NCBI GenBank assembly: GCA_963676795.2
Contig: CAXXTB010000002.1
Span: forward strand, 672,001 to 736,000
Source: Geopsychrobacteraceae bacterium
GTDB lineage: Bacteria; Desulfobacterota; Desulfuromonadia; Desulfuromonadales; Geopsychrobacteraceae
Direction: 5' to 3'
Length of the DNA: 64,000 nt
Below are positions 47,119 to 57,627 of this stretch, one piece after another. A model generated the notes under the pieces. That model saw only the letters and a program-made list of their open reading frames with translations. It had not been told where the DNA came from and made no database searches. The stretch's first letter is position 1; the number at the start of each line of letters is the position of its first letter. The position numbers and the translations under genes were made by a program.

Positions 47119-49203
47119 ATGTCTGAAGTGAATGCGCTGGATGGGATTACTGCCGAATACGAGATCGCCGATCTCCTGTGTACGCCACAGGTGCTGGTCG
47201 ATCTGATCGAGGCGTGCCTGAAACAGTCTTCTCTTCATTCCCTCGTCGATATTATCATGCAGGATGCGGCATTGACGGCCCGTGTGCTGCATGCCGCCAG
47301 CAGGGACCATAACTGCAGGCTCAGTGCCACGGAACCGGTCACTTCGGCGGTCCAGCAGTTGGGACAGCCTCTGCTGACCGGGCTGGCTCTGCATGCGGCC
47401 AGGCAGCTTGTCTGCCATGATCTGAGCCGGGAAGAACTGGCCTTTCAATATCAGCTCTGGTTCCGCTCCAGGGTCGGAGGAACTGCAGCCCGCTGCCTGG
47501 CCCCGTCGGTCAATTACCCTTACGTGGAAGAGGCTCAGCTCGGTGGCTTGCTGAACAACCTCGGCATTCAGTTGCTCTTTGCGCGCCACCGCAGCCATTA
47601 TCTCGCGACCGGTGCGACCGCCTGGAGTGAGGTTGCCCAGAGCGTCAAAGAGGACAGCTCTTTTAAGATCGATCACCTGAGCCTGGCCGATCAGCTGGTT
47701 GGAAGCTGGGGGCTCGATTCCTTTCTTGCCGATGCTCTTCGTTTTCTGCACGCCGATATCGAACATGTCGAGCGGAGCAGTCCGATGCTGAAGATTGCCC
47801 GCCTGGCTCAGCAGTTCTGCCAGCAGCCGGAGCAGATCACCCCTGAATTTGAAACCCTGGCGGCCCGCCTGTTCTCTTTCAGTCACAGTGAAGCCAGTTA
47901 CCTCTTTGACTGGACGCACGGACTTTACGCCGGTTTTTCCGCACTGGCCCAGGATCTCAAGGCGCTGACGGCCGACTTTGAGCGTGCGCGGCAACGGTTG
48001 ACCGAACTGACCTTTCTGCTGGCCGACCAGGAAGCGGCCCGCGCCCGCCTGGCTGTTTGTGCCGATCCTCAGAGCCTCACGGACGTGGCGCGGCGGCTGT
48101 ATCTGGAAAATAGTACGGCCCTGGATGTTGTTCTGCTCGTTCTCGATCATGGCCAGAGCCAGTTTAACGGTATTCCGGCCACTGGCCAGTCACGCATGGT
48201 CAGTGAGCTGAAGGTGCCGGCCGCCGCCGGCAGCGGCCTGGTTGCCGAGGCGCTCAGCAGTGGCGAGCTGAAACATTCTTTTACGGACGCAGCGACGCTG
48301 ACGGTGACTGACCAGCTGCTGGTGCGACTGACCAGAGGGCAGGGGATCGCCTGTCTGCCGCTGGTCTCGGATGGCGAACTGTTCGGCGCTGTTGTTTTTG
48401 GCCTGGCTGGTCGGCAGGGGCTGGCCGCCGTCGAATCCCTGTGGCTGAAGATGCTCTCCCAGGTCGTCGTCAAGGCCCTGACCCTGACGCAGAAAGGCTT
48501 GACTGTCGCGATGGCGGACGGCGGCAGTCTGCTTTGGCGGGTCAGTCATGAAATCAGTAATCCCCTGACAATTATCACCAATTATGCTGAAGTGCTCAAG
48601 CAGGCGCTGCAGGGTTCCGCGAACGCCGAGCTGCCTGAGACGATCAAAAAGGAAGTCCGCAGGGTCGCGGATGTCGTCAATTATTATCTGCATAAACAGG
48701 ATGATCCCGATATCCCGGAGCAGAACGTCGATCTGGGGAAACTGATCAAAGACGCCGTCGACGCGCTCAGTGACGGGGTCCTTAAGGCGAAGAATATCCA
48801 GCTCAGGCAGCGACTGCAGAAGGACCTGGGGCCGGTTGCCATCAACGCGATGCTGGTCAAGCAGATCCTTATCAACCTGATCAGAAATGCGGCGGAAGCC
48901 GTTGCAGAAGGTGGCCAGGTCGAAATCAGGTCGCGCTCGAGCTACATTGCCCAGAAAGGGCTCTGCGCCGAGCTGATTGTCAGTGACAACGGTCCGGGGA
49001 TTGCGCCCCAGGTTTTGCAGCGGCTGTTTCAGCCGGTGACCTCGACCAAGGGGGCCGGGCACGGCGGGGTTGGCCTGAACATCGTTAAAAGTATGGTCGA
49101 TGATCTTGGCGGACAGATCAGCTGTCACAGTTCGCAGGACCATGGCACCAGTTTTCATCTGCTCATTCCGCTGGGAACTGAGCAGCACAACAAAAAGGCC
49201 TGA
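47119..49203 (+). CDS. HDOD-GAF histidine kinase
   Basis: N-terminal degenerate HDOD (DAALTARVL.AA, GLLNNLG, LVGSWGL), GAF-like CLPL...FGA, VSHEISNPL, NLIRNA, DNGPGI, GVGL. Confidence 0.88.
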   Translation: MSEVNALDGITAEYEIADLLCTPQVLVDLIEACLKQSSLHSLVDIIMQDAALTARVLHAASRDHNCRLSATEPVTSAVQQLGQPLLTGLALHAARQLVCHDLSREELAFQYQLWFRSRVGGTAARCLAPSVNYPYVEEAQLGGLLNNLGIQLLFARHRSHYLATGATAWSEVAQSVKEDSSFKIDHLSLADQLVGSWGLDSFLADALRFLHADIEHVERSSPMLKIARLAQQFCQQPEQITPEFETLAARLFSFSHSEASYLFDWTHGLYAGFSALAQDLKALTADFERARQRLTELTFLLADQEAARARLAVCADPQSLTDVARRLYLENSTALDVVLLVLDHGQSQFNGIPATGQSRMVSELKVPAAAGSGLVAEALSSGELKHSFTDAATLTVTDQLLVRLTRGQGIACLPLVSDGELFGAVVFGLAGRQGLAAVESLWLKMLSQVVVKALTLTQKGLTVAMADGGSLLWRVSHEISNPLTIITNYAEVLKQALQGSANAELPETIKKEVRRVADVVNYYLHKQDDPDIPEQNVDLGKLIKDAVDALSDGVLKAKNIQLRQRLQKDLGPVAINAMLVKQILINLIRNAAEAVAEGGQVEIRSRSSYIAQKGLCAELIVSDNGPGIAPQVLQRLFQPVTSTKGAGHGGVGLNIVKSMVDDLGGQISCHSSQDHGTSFHLLIPLGTEQHNKKA

Positions 49204-49211
49204 TAGGGGTT

Positions 49212-51392
49212 ATGCTTCCTGATCCGACAGATAAAATCGAACCTGCTGTAAAGCCGGAGAGAGCCAGGATTCTGGTCGTTGACGACCAGCTGCCGATGCT
49301 GCAGAGCGTCCAGGCCCTGTTGAGCCTGCAGGGCCATCCGGTTGACGTCGCAACCAACGGGACGGCGGCTCTTGAGCTGCTGCGGCGCGAAAGCTTCAGC
49401 CTGGTGCTGCTCGATCTGCAGATGCCTGAGACCTCGGGACTGCAGGTCCTTGAAGAGATTCGTACCTCACAGCTGGATTGTGTCGTGGTGGTTGTCAGCG
49501 GCCAGGGCAGCTTCGATAATATCAAAAAGGCGATGAAGCTCGGTGCCTTTGATTTCATCCGTAAGCCGTACAAGCCGGAGGAGCTGATCGCGACGGTCGG
49601 TCAGGCGCTCGACGAATTGCGTCAGAGAAGACAGGATGAGAAAAAAATCCGTTCCCTACACCATTCGGAGCGGATGCATCGTTTTATCGTCAATCATTCT
49701 CCCGATTTTATCTATATTCTCGACAGCAAGGGGCGTTTTTCCTACGTCAACAGTATGGCCGAACAGCTGCTCGGCTATCAGCGTCAGGAGCTGATCGGTC
49801 AGCATTTCACCCGGATTCTCCATCCGCTCAACGCTGAAGAGACCCTCAAGGCTTTCAGTGAACAGCGGACCGGCCGACGGGCCAGTATCAATGTCGAGGT
49901 CAAGCTCAAAGGCAACCCGCAGTTCAAGCGGGCCGGTGCCGACTGGAACCGGGAGCCCGTTGTTGAACTCAATTCTCTCGGCATCTACACCAGGCGTGCG
50001 CAGAAAAATATCTACATCGGGACCTTCGGCAGCGCCCGGGATATCAGCGTGCGCAAGAAAGCAGAAGCGCAGATCAGCTATCAGGCCTATCACGATCTGC
50101 TCACCCGTCTGCCGAACAGGTCGCTTTTCGAGGATCGGGCTCACCAGCTGCTTGCCCAGTCCCGGCGCAGCGGCGAGACGTTTGCCCTGATGTTCATGGA
50201 CCTGGACCGCTTCAAACAGATCAACGACAACTTCGGTCACATCATCGGCGACCGCGTCCTGCAGCAGGTCGCTGAACGGATCCGCGCCTGCCTGCGCGCC
50301 GAGGATACCCTGAGCCGTTTCGGCGGCGATGAGTTCTCACTGCTGTTGCCGGGAATATCCAGTCGGGAGGGAACGGTCACCGTCGCCGAGAAGATCCTCA
50401 AGGCAGTCCGTCAGCCGTTTCTGATCGATGGCCATGATCTTTACCTGAGCGTCAGTCTCGGTATCGCGGTCTATCCCGATGCCGGGGAGTCGCACGAGTC
50501 ATTGATCCAGAGTGCCGATGTCGCCATGTATCACGTCAAGGCCAACGGCAAGGACGGCTACGCCTTTTATTCCGATGCCATGGCCAACGGGTCGGTGTTT
50601 CTTTCCATCGAACGGGACATGTACCAGGCCCTGGAACAGCGGCAGTTCCAGGTCTTTTTTCAACCCAAGGTCGATCCGGTCAGCCATACAATCGTCGGTA
50701 TGGAAGCCCTGCTGCGCTGGCAGCACCCGACCCACGGGCTGCTCTATCCGGAAGAATTTATCAACGTCGCCGAAGAATCTCGCCTGATTGTTCCGCTCGG
50801 CTACTGGGTGCTGAGCAGTGTCTGCGAAGAAATGCTGCGCTGGCAGAAACAGGGGCTGCCGAAAATTGTGGTTTCGCTCAATATTTCACCGGTTCAGCTT
50901 GAAGATGAAGATTTTGCCGATCAGTTCATCGAAACCCTGGCGGCCTACGATCTGTCCGGCGATCTGTTTGAAATAGAGATCACCGAGAATATTCTGATCC
51001 GCGGTGAAGAGAAGGTCTCCGCCATGCTCAGGACGTTGCGCTCCGCAGGAGTCAGCGTTACCCTCGATGATTTCGGCCGGGGCTATGCGTCGTTGAGCTA
51101 TCTGCAGAGCTTTCCTGTCGACAGCCTCAAGATCGATCGCTCTTTTGTCCGCGATATCGGCAGCAAGCAGCACCAGGGCAGCATCGTCGACGGTATCGCC
51201 ATGATGGCCAAGGGGATGCAGATGAATATCTCGGCCGGAGGGGTCGAGAATCGCGATCAGCTCGATTATCTCGTCAACCTTGGCTGTCATCAGGTCCAGG
51301 GCTATTTCTTCTCTCCACCTGTCTCGGCCAGCGATACCTTCAACTTTTTAGTGAACTGTCCGCTGCAAGGGCCGCATTTCAACCTTCACTGA
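49212..51392 (+). CDS. REC-PAS-GGDEF-EAL c-di-GMP signalling protein
   Basis: LVVDD/LLDLQMP, PAS, HDLLTRLPNR, RAED...FGGDEF, EALLRW, DDFGRGY, KIDRSF. Confidence 0.95.
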   Translation: MLPDPTDKIEPAVKPERARILVVDDQLPMLQSVQALLSLQGHPVDVATNGTAALELLRRESFSLVLLDLQMPETSGLQVLEEIRTSQLDCVVVVVSGQGSFDNIKKAMKLGAFDFIRKPYKPEELIATVGQALDELRQRRQDEKKIRSLHHSERMHRFIVNHSPDFIYILDSKGRFSYVNSMAEQLLGYQRQELIGQHFTRILHPLNAEETLKAFSEQRTGRRASINVEVKLKGNPQFKRAGADWNREPVVELNSLGIYTRRAQKNIYIGTFGSARDISVRKKAEAQISYQAYHDLLTRLPNRSLFEDRAHQLLAQSRRSGETFALMFMDLDRFKQINDNFGHIIGDRVLQQVAERIRACLRAEDTLSRFGGDEFSLLLPGISSREGTVTVAEKILKAVRQPFLIDGHDLYLSVSLGIAVYPDAGESHESLIQSADVAMYHVKANGKDGYAFYSDAMANGSVFLSIERDMYQALEQRQFQVFFQPKVDPVSHTIVGMEALLRWQHPTHGLLYPEEFINVAEESRLIVPLGYWVLSSVCEEMLRWQKQGLPKIVVSLNISPVQLEDEDFADQFIETLAAYDLSGDLFEIEITENILIRGEEKVSAMLRTLRSAGVSVTLDDFGRGYASLSYLQSFPVDSLKIDRSFVRDIGSKQHQGSIVDGIAMMAKGMQMNISAGGVENRDQLDYLVNLGCHQVQGYFFSPPVSASDTFNFLVNCPLQGPHFNLH

Positions 51393-51523
51393 CCTTCTGA
51401 AAGTCCATTAATCTGCTATTCTTTATAGGAGTCGTTGTCATGCGGGATCTTTCCCGCTGATTCGTTCCGGGACCTTATGTTGTAGGCCGCTCTTTGGAGC
51501 GCTGATTGCTGAAAAATAGAGCT

Positions 51524-54343
51524 ATGCCAGGAGAAAAAAGAGGATTTGTCAGATCGGTACGGCGCTGGGGGCTGCTCCTGCTGGCGCTGCTCGCCCTGCT
51601 GATGACAGCAGTCATTCTCTATAATTACTTCACGGAGACGACCGAACGCGCCATACAGATGCGCAGCGAATTCCTCGAGGAGCAGAAACTCCTGCTCAGA
51701 ACAGAAGTCGAAGCTGGTATTGGACTTTTTGAACGGCAGGGAGAGCGACTCCTCGAAAGTGAAAAAAACCGTGTTCGTCAGATGGTCTATCAGGCTCATT
51801 CCGTCGCGTCTTTTATCTATGCCGAACATCATCAGCGTCTCGATGAACGTGCATTGACAACCATGATTGTAGATGCCATCAGAAATATCTATGTGGAAAA
51901 GGAGGATTACTTCTTTGTGACCAGCATGGATGGTGTGGCTTTTCTCAACGGCGGTGTCCCGGAGTTTGAGGGGCATAACCTCTACGAGGTCGCCGACGAA
52001 CGTGGCAGGCAGTTGACCAAAGATATCGAAAATCTGGTTAGACATGAGGGGGAGGGTTTTCATTCCTACTCTTGGCCACGGAGGGTTAAGGGTGGGGAAG
52101 TCAGTCGTAAAATTTCATTTGTTAAGGGGTTTGAACCTCTTGATTTTTTGATCGGCAGCGGGATCTATCTGGATGCTGTCGATCAGGGCCTCCGTCTGAT
52201 TGCAGAAGAACAGATCATCACCAGGCGGTTTGGGGCGGAGAACTCAGGCTACGTTTTTATTCAGGTGCTCCACGATATCAACGGCGGTGAGCGTTTCGCC
52301 AGCACCTTTGCCAGCCCCAATCGTCCGGAATGGGTCGGACAGTACATGTCCGATGCCTACCGGGACGCCAAAGGCAAGCAGTTTCGCAAGGAGTTGCTTG
52401 CCGGCCTGCGTGAAAACGGCGAGTGTTACGTGACCTTCTGGTATCGAAAAATCGGCGAAGATCAGCCCAGTCCCAAGCTTACTTTTTACAAGTTGAGCGG
52501 TGACCGGCAGTTCATCTTTGGCGCAGGTGTCTACCTTGACGATATCGAAAAGAGGATCGCTCTGGCCCAGCGTTCGCTGTGGCGGGATCTGGCCGTTGAA
52601 CTGGCCAGTTATTTTGTTCTGGTTCTGCTGGCGATGGGGGGGTTTTATCTGGCTCTGGCATGGTTGAGCCGCAAACTGGAACTGGATTTCGGGATTTTTG
52701 TCGACTTCTTTACCTCCGCAGTGAATCACAATGACGAAATTGATCGATCCCGGATCCGTTATGCCGAATTTGACCAACTGGCCGGATTTGCCAATTCCAT
52801 GGTTCGCGAACGTCTGGCGGCGGAACAGGAGCTGCTCGGTGAGCGTGAGCGTTTCGAGGTGATCGTCGGTTCGATTGCCGACGGGGTGATAGCGATAGAT
52901 CCGCATGGACTGGTCATGCTGCTCAACGAAGCGGCGCAAAAACTTTTGGCGGTTTCCGAAACCGAGGCTCTGGGGCGGCCGCTTGCCGAGGTGCTGAAGG
53001 CCGTCGATGATGACGGGCAGGCCGTTGATTTTCTGCAGCACTATGGTGATGAAACGTCTCAAGGAAGCAGCGTGGGGCGAGTTTTCCTGCAAGACGCAGA
53101 ACCACTTCGCCAGCTGGTCTACAGCTGTGCCCATATCTCTTCAGGGGGGGAACGGACGCAGGGGGCTGTTATCGTTTTCCGCGATGAGACCGAAAGGCTG
53201 CGCCAGGAAACCGAACAGTTTAATATCAAGCGGCTTGAATCTGTCAGCCTGCTGGCCGGCAGCATCGCCCACAGTTTCAATAACCTGCTGGCTGGACTGT
53301 TCGGCAACATCGAACTGGCCCAGCGTAAACTCGAAGCCGGGCACCGGGCGGCTCCCTATCTCGGGCTCGCCTATCAGTCTCTGGATCGTGCCGTTGCCCT
53401 GTCGAACCAGTTACTGGCTTTCTCGAAAAGCGGAGCCCCCCTGCTTGCTCCGACAGATCTGCTTTCTTTACTGAAGAGACAGATTCAGAAAATTGGTGAC
53501 CGTGACGGGCTGCAGTTGACGCTGACGCTGGCCGAAGACCTCTGGTCTGTCAATGCGGATAAGGGGCAGCTGGAATTCGCTGTCGATGTTCTGCTCGGAC
53601 GGGCGTTGCAGGCCATGCCACGCGGGGGGAGTCTGTCCATCTCCGCAGAGAATCTGGCTGCCCGGGAAGCGCTCTCATTCGGCTGTGCGGCCGAGGCGGT
53701 CAGGCTGGTTGTTCAGGATCAGGGGGGGAGTCTGTCGCAGGAGGCGCTGGAGCGGATCTTTGATCCTCAGTTTTCCACTGGCCAGGTTCAGTCCGAACTT
53801 GGCCTGGCGACGGTCCGTTCCATCGTTGAAAAACACAACGGGCGGATTATGGCAGAGATGGCGCCCGATCAGGGTGGGCTTCTTATCTCCCTGCTGCTTC
53901 CCGCCCTGCGACCTGCCGAGCTCCCCACTGGTGAGGACCCGGCGCCGTCTGCTGAGACCAGTGCGGAGCGGCCGCGGATCCTGGTTGTTGATGACGACGC
54001 AACGATTCTCAGCGTTCTTGAGCAGATGCTGGGGATGTGTGGCTACGCAGTTATCGCAGTGGCGGATGGGGACTCCGCGACGGAGGTCTTGCGCGAAAAT
54101 CTTGAGCGTGGTGCAGCTTTTTCCCTGGTGATTATCGACCTGACATTGCCGGATGAGGTCAAGGGCGAAATTGTGGCGGCCCGGATGAAGGATCTCTGCC
54201 CCGAGCTCAGAATCGTCGCCTCAAGCGGCCATTCGGTGAATGAGGTGATGGCCAACTTCCGGGATTACGGATTTTCCGGTCGATTGCTCAAGCCGTTCCA
54301 GTTTGCCGATGTCCGCAAGCTGCTCGATGAGGTGATGAAGTGA
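51524..54343 (+). CDS. Double-Cache / PAS hybrid histidine-kinase-like protein with C-terminal receiver (ATP-binding boxes degenerate)
   Basis: TM, two Cache repeats (YFFV...Y.W...K.SFVK...IGSGIYLD; YVF...FWYRK...GAGVYLDD), TM, PAS, IAHSFNNLL, and REC IIDLTLP...KPF. Confidence 0.88.
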   Translation: MPGEKRGFVRSVRRWGLLLLALLALLMTAVILYNYFTETTERAIQMRSEFLEEQKLLLRTEVEAGIGLFERQGERLLESEKNRVRQMVYQAHSVASFIYAEHHQRLDERALTTMIVDAIRNIYVEKEDYFFVTSMDGVAFLNGGVPEFEGHNLYEVADERGRQLTKDIENLVRHEGEGFHSYSWPRRVKGGEVSRKISFVKGFEPLDFLIGSGIYLDAVDQGLRLIAEEQIITRRFGAENSGYVFIQVLHDINGGERFASTFASPNRPEWVGQYMSDAYRDAKGKQFRKELLAGLRENGECYVTFWYRKIGEDQPSPKLTFYKLSGDRQFIFGAGVYLDDIEKRIALAQRSLWRDLAVELASYFVLVLLAMGGFYLALAWLSRKLELDFGIFVDFFTSAVNHNDEIDRSRIRYAEFDQLAGFANSMVRERLAAEQELLGERERFEVIVGSIADGVIAIDPHGLVMLLNEAAQKLLAVSETEALGRPLAEVLKAVDDDGQAVDFLQHYGDETSQGSSVGRVFLQDAEPLRQLVYSCAHISSGGERTQGAVIVFRDETERLRQETEQFNIKRLESVSLLAGSIAHSFNNLLAGLFGNIELAQRKLEAGHRAAPYLGLAYQSLDRAVALSNQLLAFSKSGAPLLAPTDLLSLLKRQIQKIGDRDGLQLTLTLAEDLWSVNADKGQLEFAVDVLLGRALQAMPRGGSLSISAENLAAREALSFGCAAEAVRLVVQDQGGSLSQEALERIFDPQFSTGQVQSELGLATVRSIVEKHNGRIMAEMAPDQGGLLISLLLPALRPAELPTGEDPAPSAETSAERPRILVVDDDATILSVLEQMLGMCGYAVIAVADGDSATEVLRENLERGAAFSLVIIDLTLPDEVKGEIVAARMKDLCPELRIVASSGHSVNEVMANFRDYGFSGRLLKPFQFADVRKLLDEVMK

Positions 54344-54380
54344 GGAGGGATGCTGCTTCCGCAGCACTTAAACCGCAGCG

Positions 54381-57300
54381 CTAATCCTGCTGCGTCGTTG
54401 CTTCTTTCTTGATCCATTGCGCTATTGAGCGGAACAGATCCTCGATGTCGATCGGTTTGCCGATGTGATCGTTCATCCCCGCCTTGAAGGCTTTGTTGCG
54501 ATCAGCGACCATGGTGTTGGCGGTCAGGGCGAGGATCGGCAGGTCCTTGAAGCGGTCCTGTGCCCGGAGCTTGCGGGTTGCTGTATAGCCATCCATGACC
54601 GGCATCTGGCAATCCATCAGCACCCCGTCAAACTGTTCTTTGTCGAGCAGATCAAGGGCCTCCTGACCGTTGACCGCTGTACTGACCAGAACGCCGTTAC
54701 TGGTCAGCATCGCTCTGGCAAGTTCCAGGTTGACCGGATTGTCCTCTACCAGGAGGATTTTTGCTCCCTTGACCGCCTTGATATTGTCCTTCAGGCTGTG
54801 AGGCTTTCGACCGTCTGTGGTCGACGGCAGGCTGTTCTGCCCCAGCGCTTTGGTGATGCCGTCGAGCAGTGCCGGGACCGTGACCGGTTTGTTGAGGAAC
54901 CCGGCGATTTTGACATGTTTGGCCGCACCCATGGCGATTTCACGATTGAAACCGGTAATCAGGAGAATGGCCGGCGCAGCGTTGATTGATTTGTCCCGTT
55001 CGATTTTCTCCACCAGGGCAATGCCGTCAAGATCCGGCAGTTGCCAGTCGAGCAGCATCAGGTCAAAGGGGGCGATCTGGTCCATCTCCTGGAGCAGGTC
55101 CAGCGCCCGGTAGGCGCAGTCTGTCTGACTGACCTGCATGCCGAGGGTTTCCAGGATATTGACCAGGATCACCCTGGCGATTTCGTTGTCGTCAACCACC
55201 AGGACCCGGCGTTCCTTGAGGTTTTTACCAGCTTCAAGGGGGAGTGCAGTTTCTTCACGAACCTTCTCGAACTTTAGGGTGAAGTAGATTTTACTTCCCA
55301 GTCCCGGATTGCTTTCCAGCCACAGCTCGCCATCCATCAGATCGATCAGTTTGCGGCAGATACTCAAGCCCAGCCCTGTTCCCGCATACTGTTTCGACGC
55401 GCTCATATCCCCCTGTCGGTAGGGGGCGAAGAGTTTGTTGACCTGTTCTTCCGACATGCCGATGCCGCTGTCGCTGACGATAAAGCGCAGGGTCACCTGC
55501 CTGTCGGTCTCGGAATCAACGTCAACGCTGACCAGAACCTCGCCTTTACTGGTAAATTTCAGCGCGTTGCTGGTCAGGTTGAGAAGGATCTGTTCCAGGC
55601 GCATCCGGTCACCGAGCAGCTGGACCGGAACCTGGGGGGCAATCTGGTAGATCAGTTCAAGCTGTTTGTCTTCCGCGGCCAGGCCGTGGATGTCGCTGAG
55701 GTTGTTGAAGATGTCGTGCAGCGTGAAACGGGACTTTTCGAGATAGAACTGGCCCGTTTCCAGCTGAGAAAAATCGAGGATGTCATTGATGATGGCCAGC
55801 AGCCCCTGGGCAGATTTCTGGATTTTTTCAATATGGCCCCGCTGTTCCGCCTTTAGCTCTGACTGGAGCAGCAGGTAGGAGAAGCCGATGACGGCATTCA
55901 TCGGGGTGCGAATCTCATGCGACATGTTGGCCAGAAAGTCGGATTTAAGCTGAGAGGATTCTTCTGCTATCATGCGGGCATGTTCCAGCTCTTTCTGGGT
56001 CTGGGTCAGCTGGGAGATGTCGGTGCACCAGAACAGCAGGGCGTCTTCCCCTTGATATTTGATCCGGTTGACGTGGAGCATGGCATCGACCGGCCCGCGT
56101 TCGGTGTGGCGCATCTTGACTTCGAGACCCTCAACCTGACCGAATTCGCCGAGCAGCCTCATCACCTTCTGCTGATCCTCGGGATTGACGTAGACGCGTG
56201 CCGTGGGGTCGCCTTCACAGAGGCCCGAGACTTTGCGCATGGTCGGGTTACTGAACTGGACGATTCCGTTTTGGGAGATACCGACCGCGATCGGGCTGGT
56301 ATCCATGATTGTTTTCATAAGTGAGCGTTCATGGTCCAGTTCAACAAGCAGTTTTTTGCGGCGCCTGGCGGTTGCAGATATGGACACGAGCAGAACCAGC
56401 AGCAGCACGAATATGATGGCTGCTGCGGCTGTTTCCCAGAAATACTTTTCCAGGAAGGAGGCTTCAGCATAGAGAATGGTTGCATTCTCCGGAAGCCTGC
56501 TTAAGGGAATGTTCCAGCGCTTCAATTGCCGGGCATCATATATGTCGCGGTAAAACTCGAGGTTGTCCCGTCCCGGAAGTGTATTGTTTTTTACCGCCAG
56601 CAGACTTTTGGTGAATGTCGCGCCTATCGCTGCGTGTGAATAGAGATGGCCGCCAACGGTGCCGTTGCCGGCGTGAGACGCCCAGAAGGTGAAAACGGGA
56701 GCGTTGGCGCATTCAGCGATCTGGCTTTCAAACTGGGACGGAGAATAACTGTTTCCGTCCGGATCGCTCAAGTTGAGCCCCGAGGTCACGACACTGCCCT
56801 TCGGCAGCTTGGAAACCTTCAGGCAAAGTTCCGCAAAGGGCAAGTTTTTAAGGATGTTGACCTGCGGTTTGTCTTTGAGGTTGTCAAGGGCACGTTGAAT
56901 GCTCGAGAGATTTCTTTTGCCCAGGGGGGAGATATCTTCCGCAAAATGGTAAAGCTGACTGGCCTGAGTCAGGCTCAGTGCCCTGCGCAGGGCACTGGTA
57001 TAATCGGGAACACCGTTGAGCTGAATGTCCGTGTCTCTGATGGTACCGGGAGGAAAATCGTTGGCACCGTAATAACCGCGTAAGGCCTGTGGAAACAGTT
57101 CCGGATGGGAGCTCAGGAAGCGGCTGGCTGGAACATTGTCGGCCATGACAATGTCAATCCTGGTCTGTTGATATTTCTGTTGAATATACTGGGCAAAGAG
57201 TTTCTGATCGAGCTGCGGAATCCTCGCGCTATCAAGTGTTTCATTGAAGATCGAGGTTTTCAGGTGCTGGCGCTCCAGTTCGCTGTAAATCCCGCTGGAG

Positions 57301-57464
57301 AACTCCTGAGTATAGGGATCCTGACTGTTCCAGCTGCTGATGAGCAGAATGCCAAGAGGCTGGTCCTCGGCTGAGGAGGGTGCCGGTAATGAGATGAGCA
57401 GAACAAGAATGGCGCCGCTTAATAACTTGTTGAGTAGAGACAAGGTGTTGAAGCGTATGCTCAT
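54381..57464 (-). CDS. Hybrid sensor histidine kinase (periplasmic ABC-SBP-like sensor, PAS, two receivers)
   Basis: Signal peptide, DARQLKRWNI..LP motif, TM, FLANMSHEIRTPMN, NALKFT, GTGLGL, two REC domains (LLDWQLP; MDCQMP). Confidence 0.93.
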   Translation of the reverse strand: MSIRFNTLSLLNKLLSGAILVLLISLPAPSSAEDQPLGILLISSWNSQDPYTQEFSSGIYSELERQHLKTSIFNETLDSARIPQLDQKLFAQYIQQKYQQTRIDIVMADNVPASRFLSSHPELFPQALRGYYGANDFPPGTIRDTDIQLNGVPDYTSALRRALSLTQASQLYHFAEDISPLGKRNLSSIQRALDNLKDKPQVNILKNLPFAELCLKVSKLPKGSVVTSGLNLSDPDGNSYSPSQFESQIAECANAPVFTFWASHAGNGTVGGHLYSHAAIGATFTKSLLAVKNNTLPGRDNLEFYRDIYDARQLKRWNIPLSRLPENATILYAEASFLEKYFWETAAAAIIFVLLLVLLVSISATARRRKKLLVELDHERSLMKTIMDTSPIAVGISQNGIVQFSNPTMRKVSGLCEGDPTARVYVNPEDQQKVMRLLGEFGQVEGLEVKMRHTERGPVDAMLHVNRIKYQGEDALLFWCTDISQLTQTQKELEHARMIAEESSQLKSDFLANMSHEIRTPMNAVIGFSYLLLQSELKAEQRGHIEKIQKSAQGLLAIINDILDFSQLETGQFYLEKSRFTLHDIFNNLSDIHGLAAEDKQLELIYQIAPQVPVQLLGDRMRLEQILLNLTSNALKFTSKGEVLVSVDVDSETDRQVTLRFIVSDSGIGMSEEQVNKLFAPYRQGDMSASKQYAGTGLGLSICRKLIDLMDGELWLESNPGLGSKIYFTLKFEKVREETALPLEAGKNLKERRVLVVDDNEIARVILVNILETLGMQVSQTDCAYRALDLLQEMDQIAPFDLMLLDWQLPDLDGIALVEKIERDKSINAAPAILLITGFNREIAMGAAKHVKIAGFLNKPVTVPALLDGITKALGQNSLPSTTDGRKPHSLKDNIKAVKGAKILLVEDNPVNLELARAMLTSNGVLVSTAVNGQEALDLLDKEQFDGVLMDCQMPVMDGYTATRKLRAQDRFKDLPILALTANTMVADRNKAFKAGMNDHIGKPIDIEDLFRSIAQWIKKEATTQQD

Positions 57465-57627
57465 CCGGGTTCTTTCCTCCCATGATTATCAATGTATGGA
57501 AATATCTTGAAATACTATCGTCGCACTGCCTTTTATGCAAGATTTTTAATGTCTGGTCTTGTCTGAGCTGGGCGGCACTCAGCGTGATCCTTGTTTGGAA
57601 CAATTACTAAAAAAGTAATATTTACTG

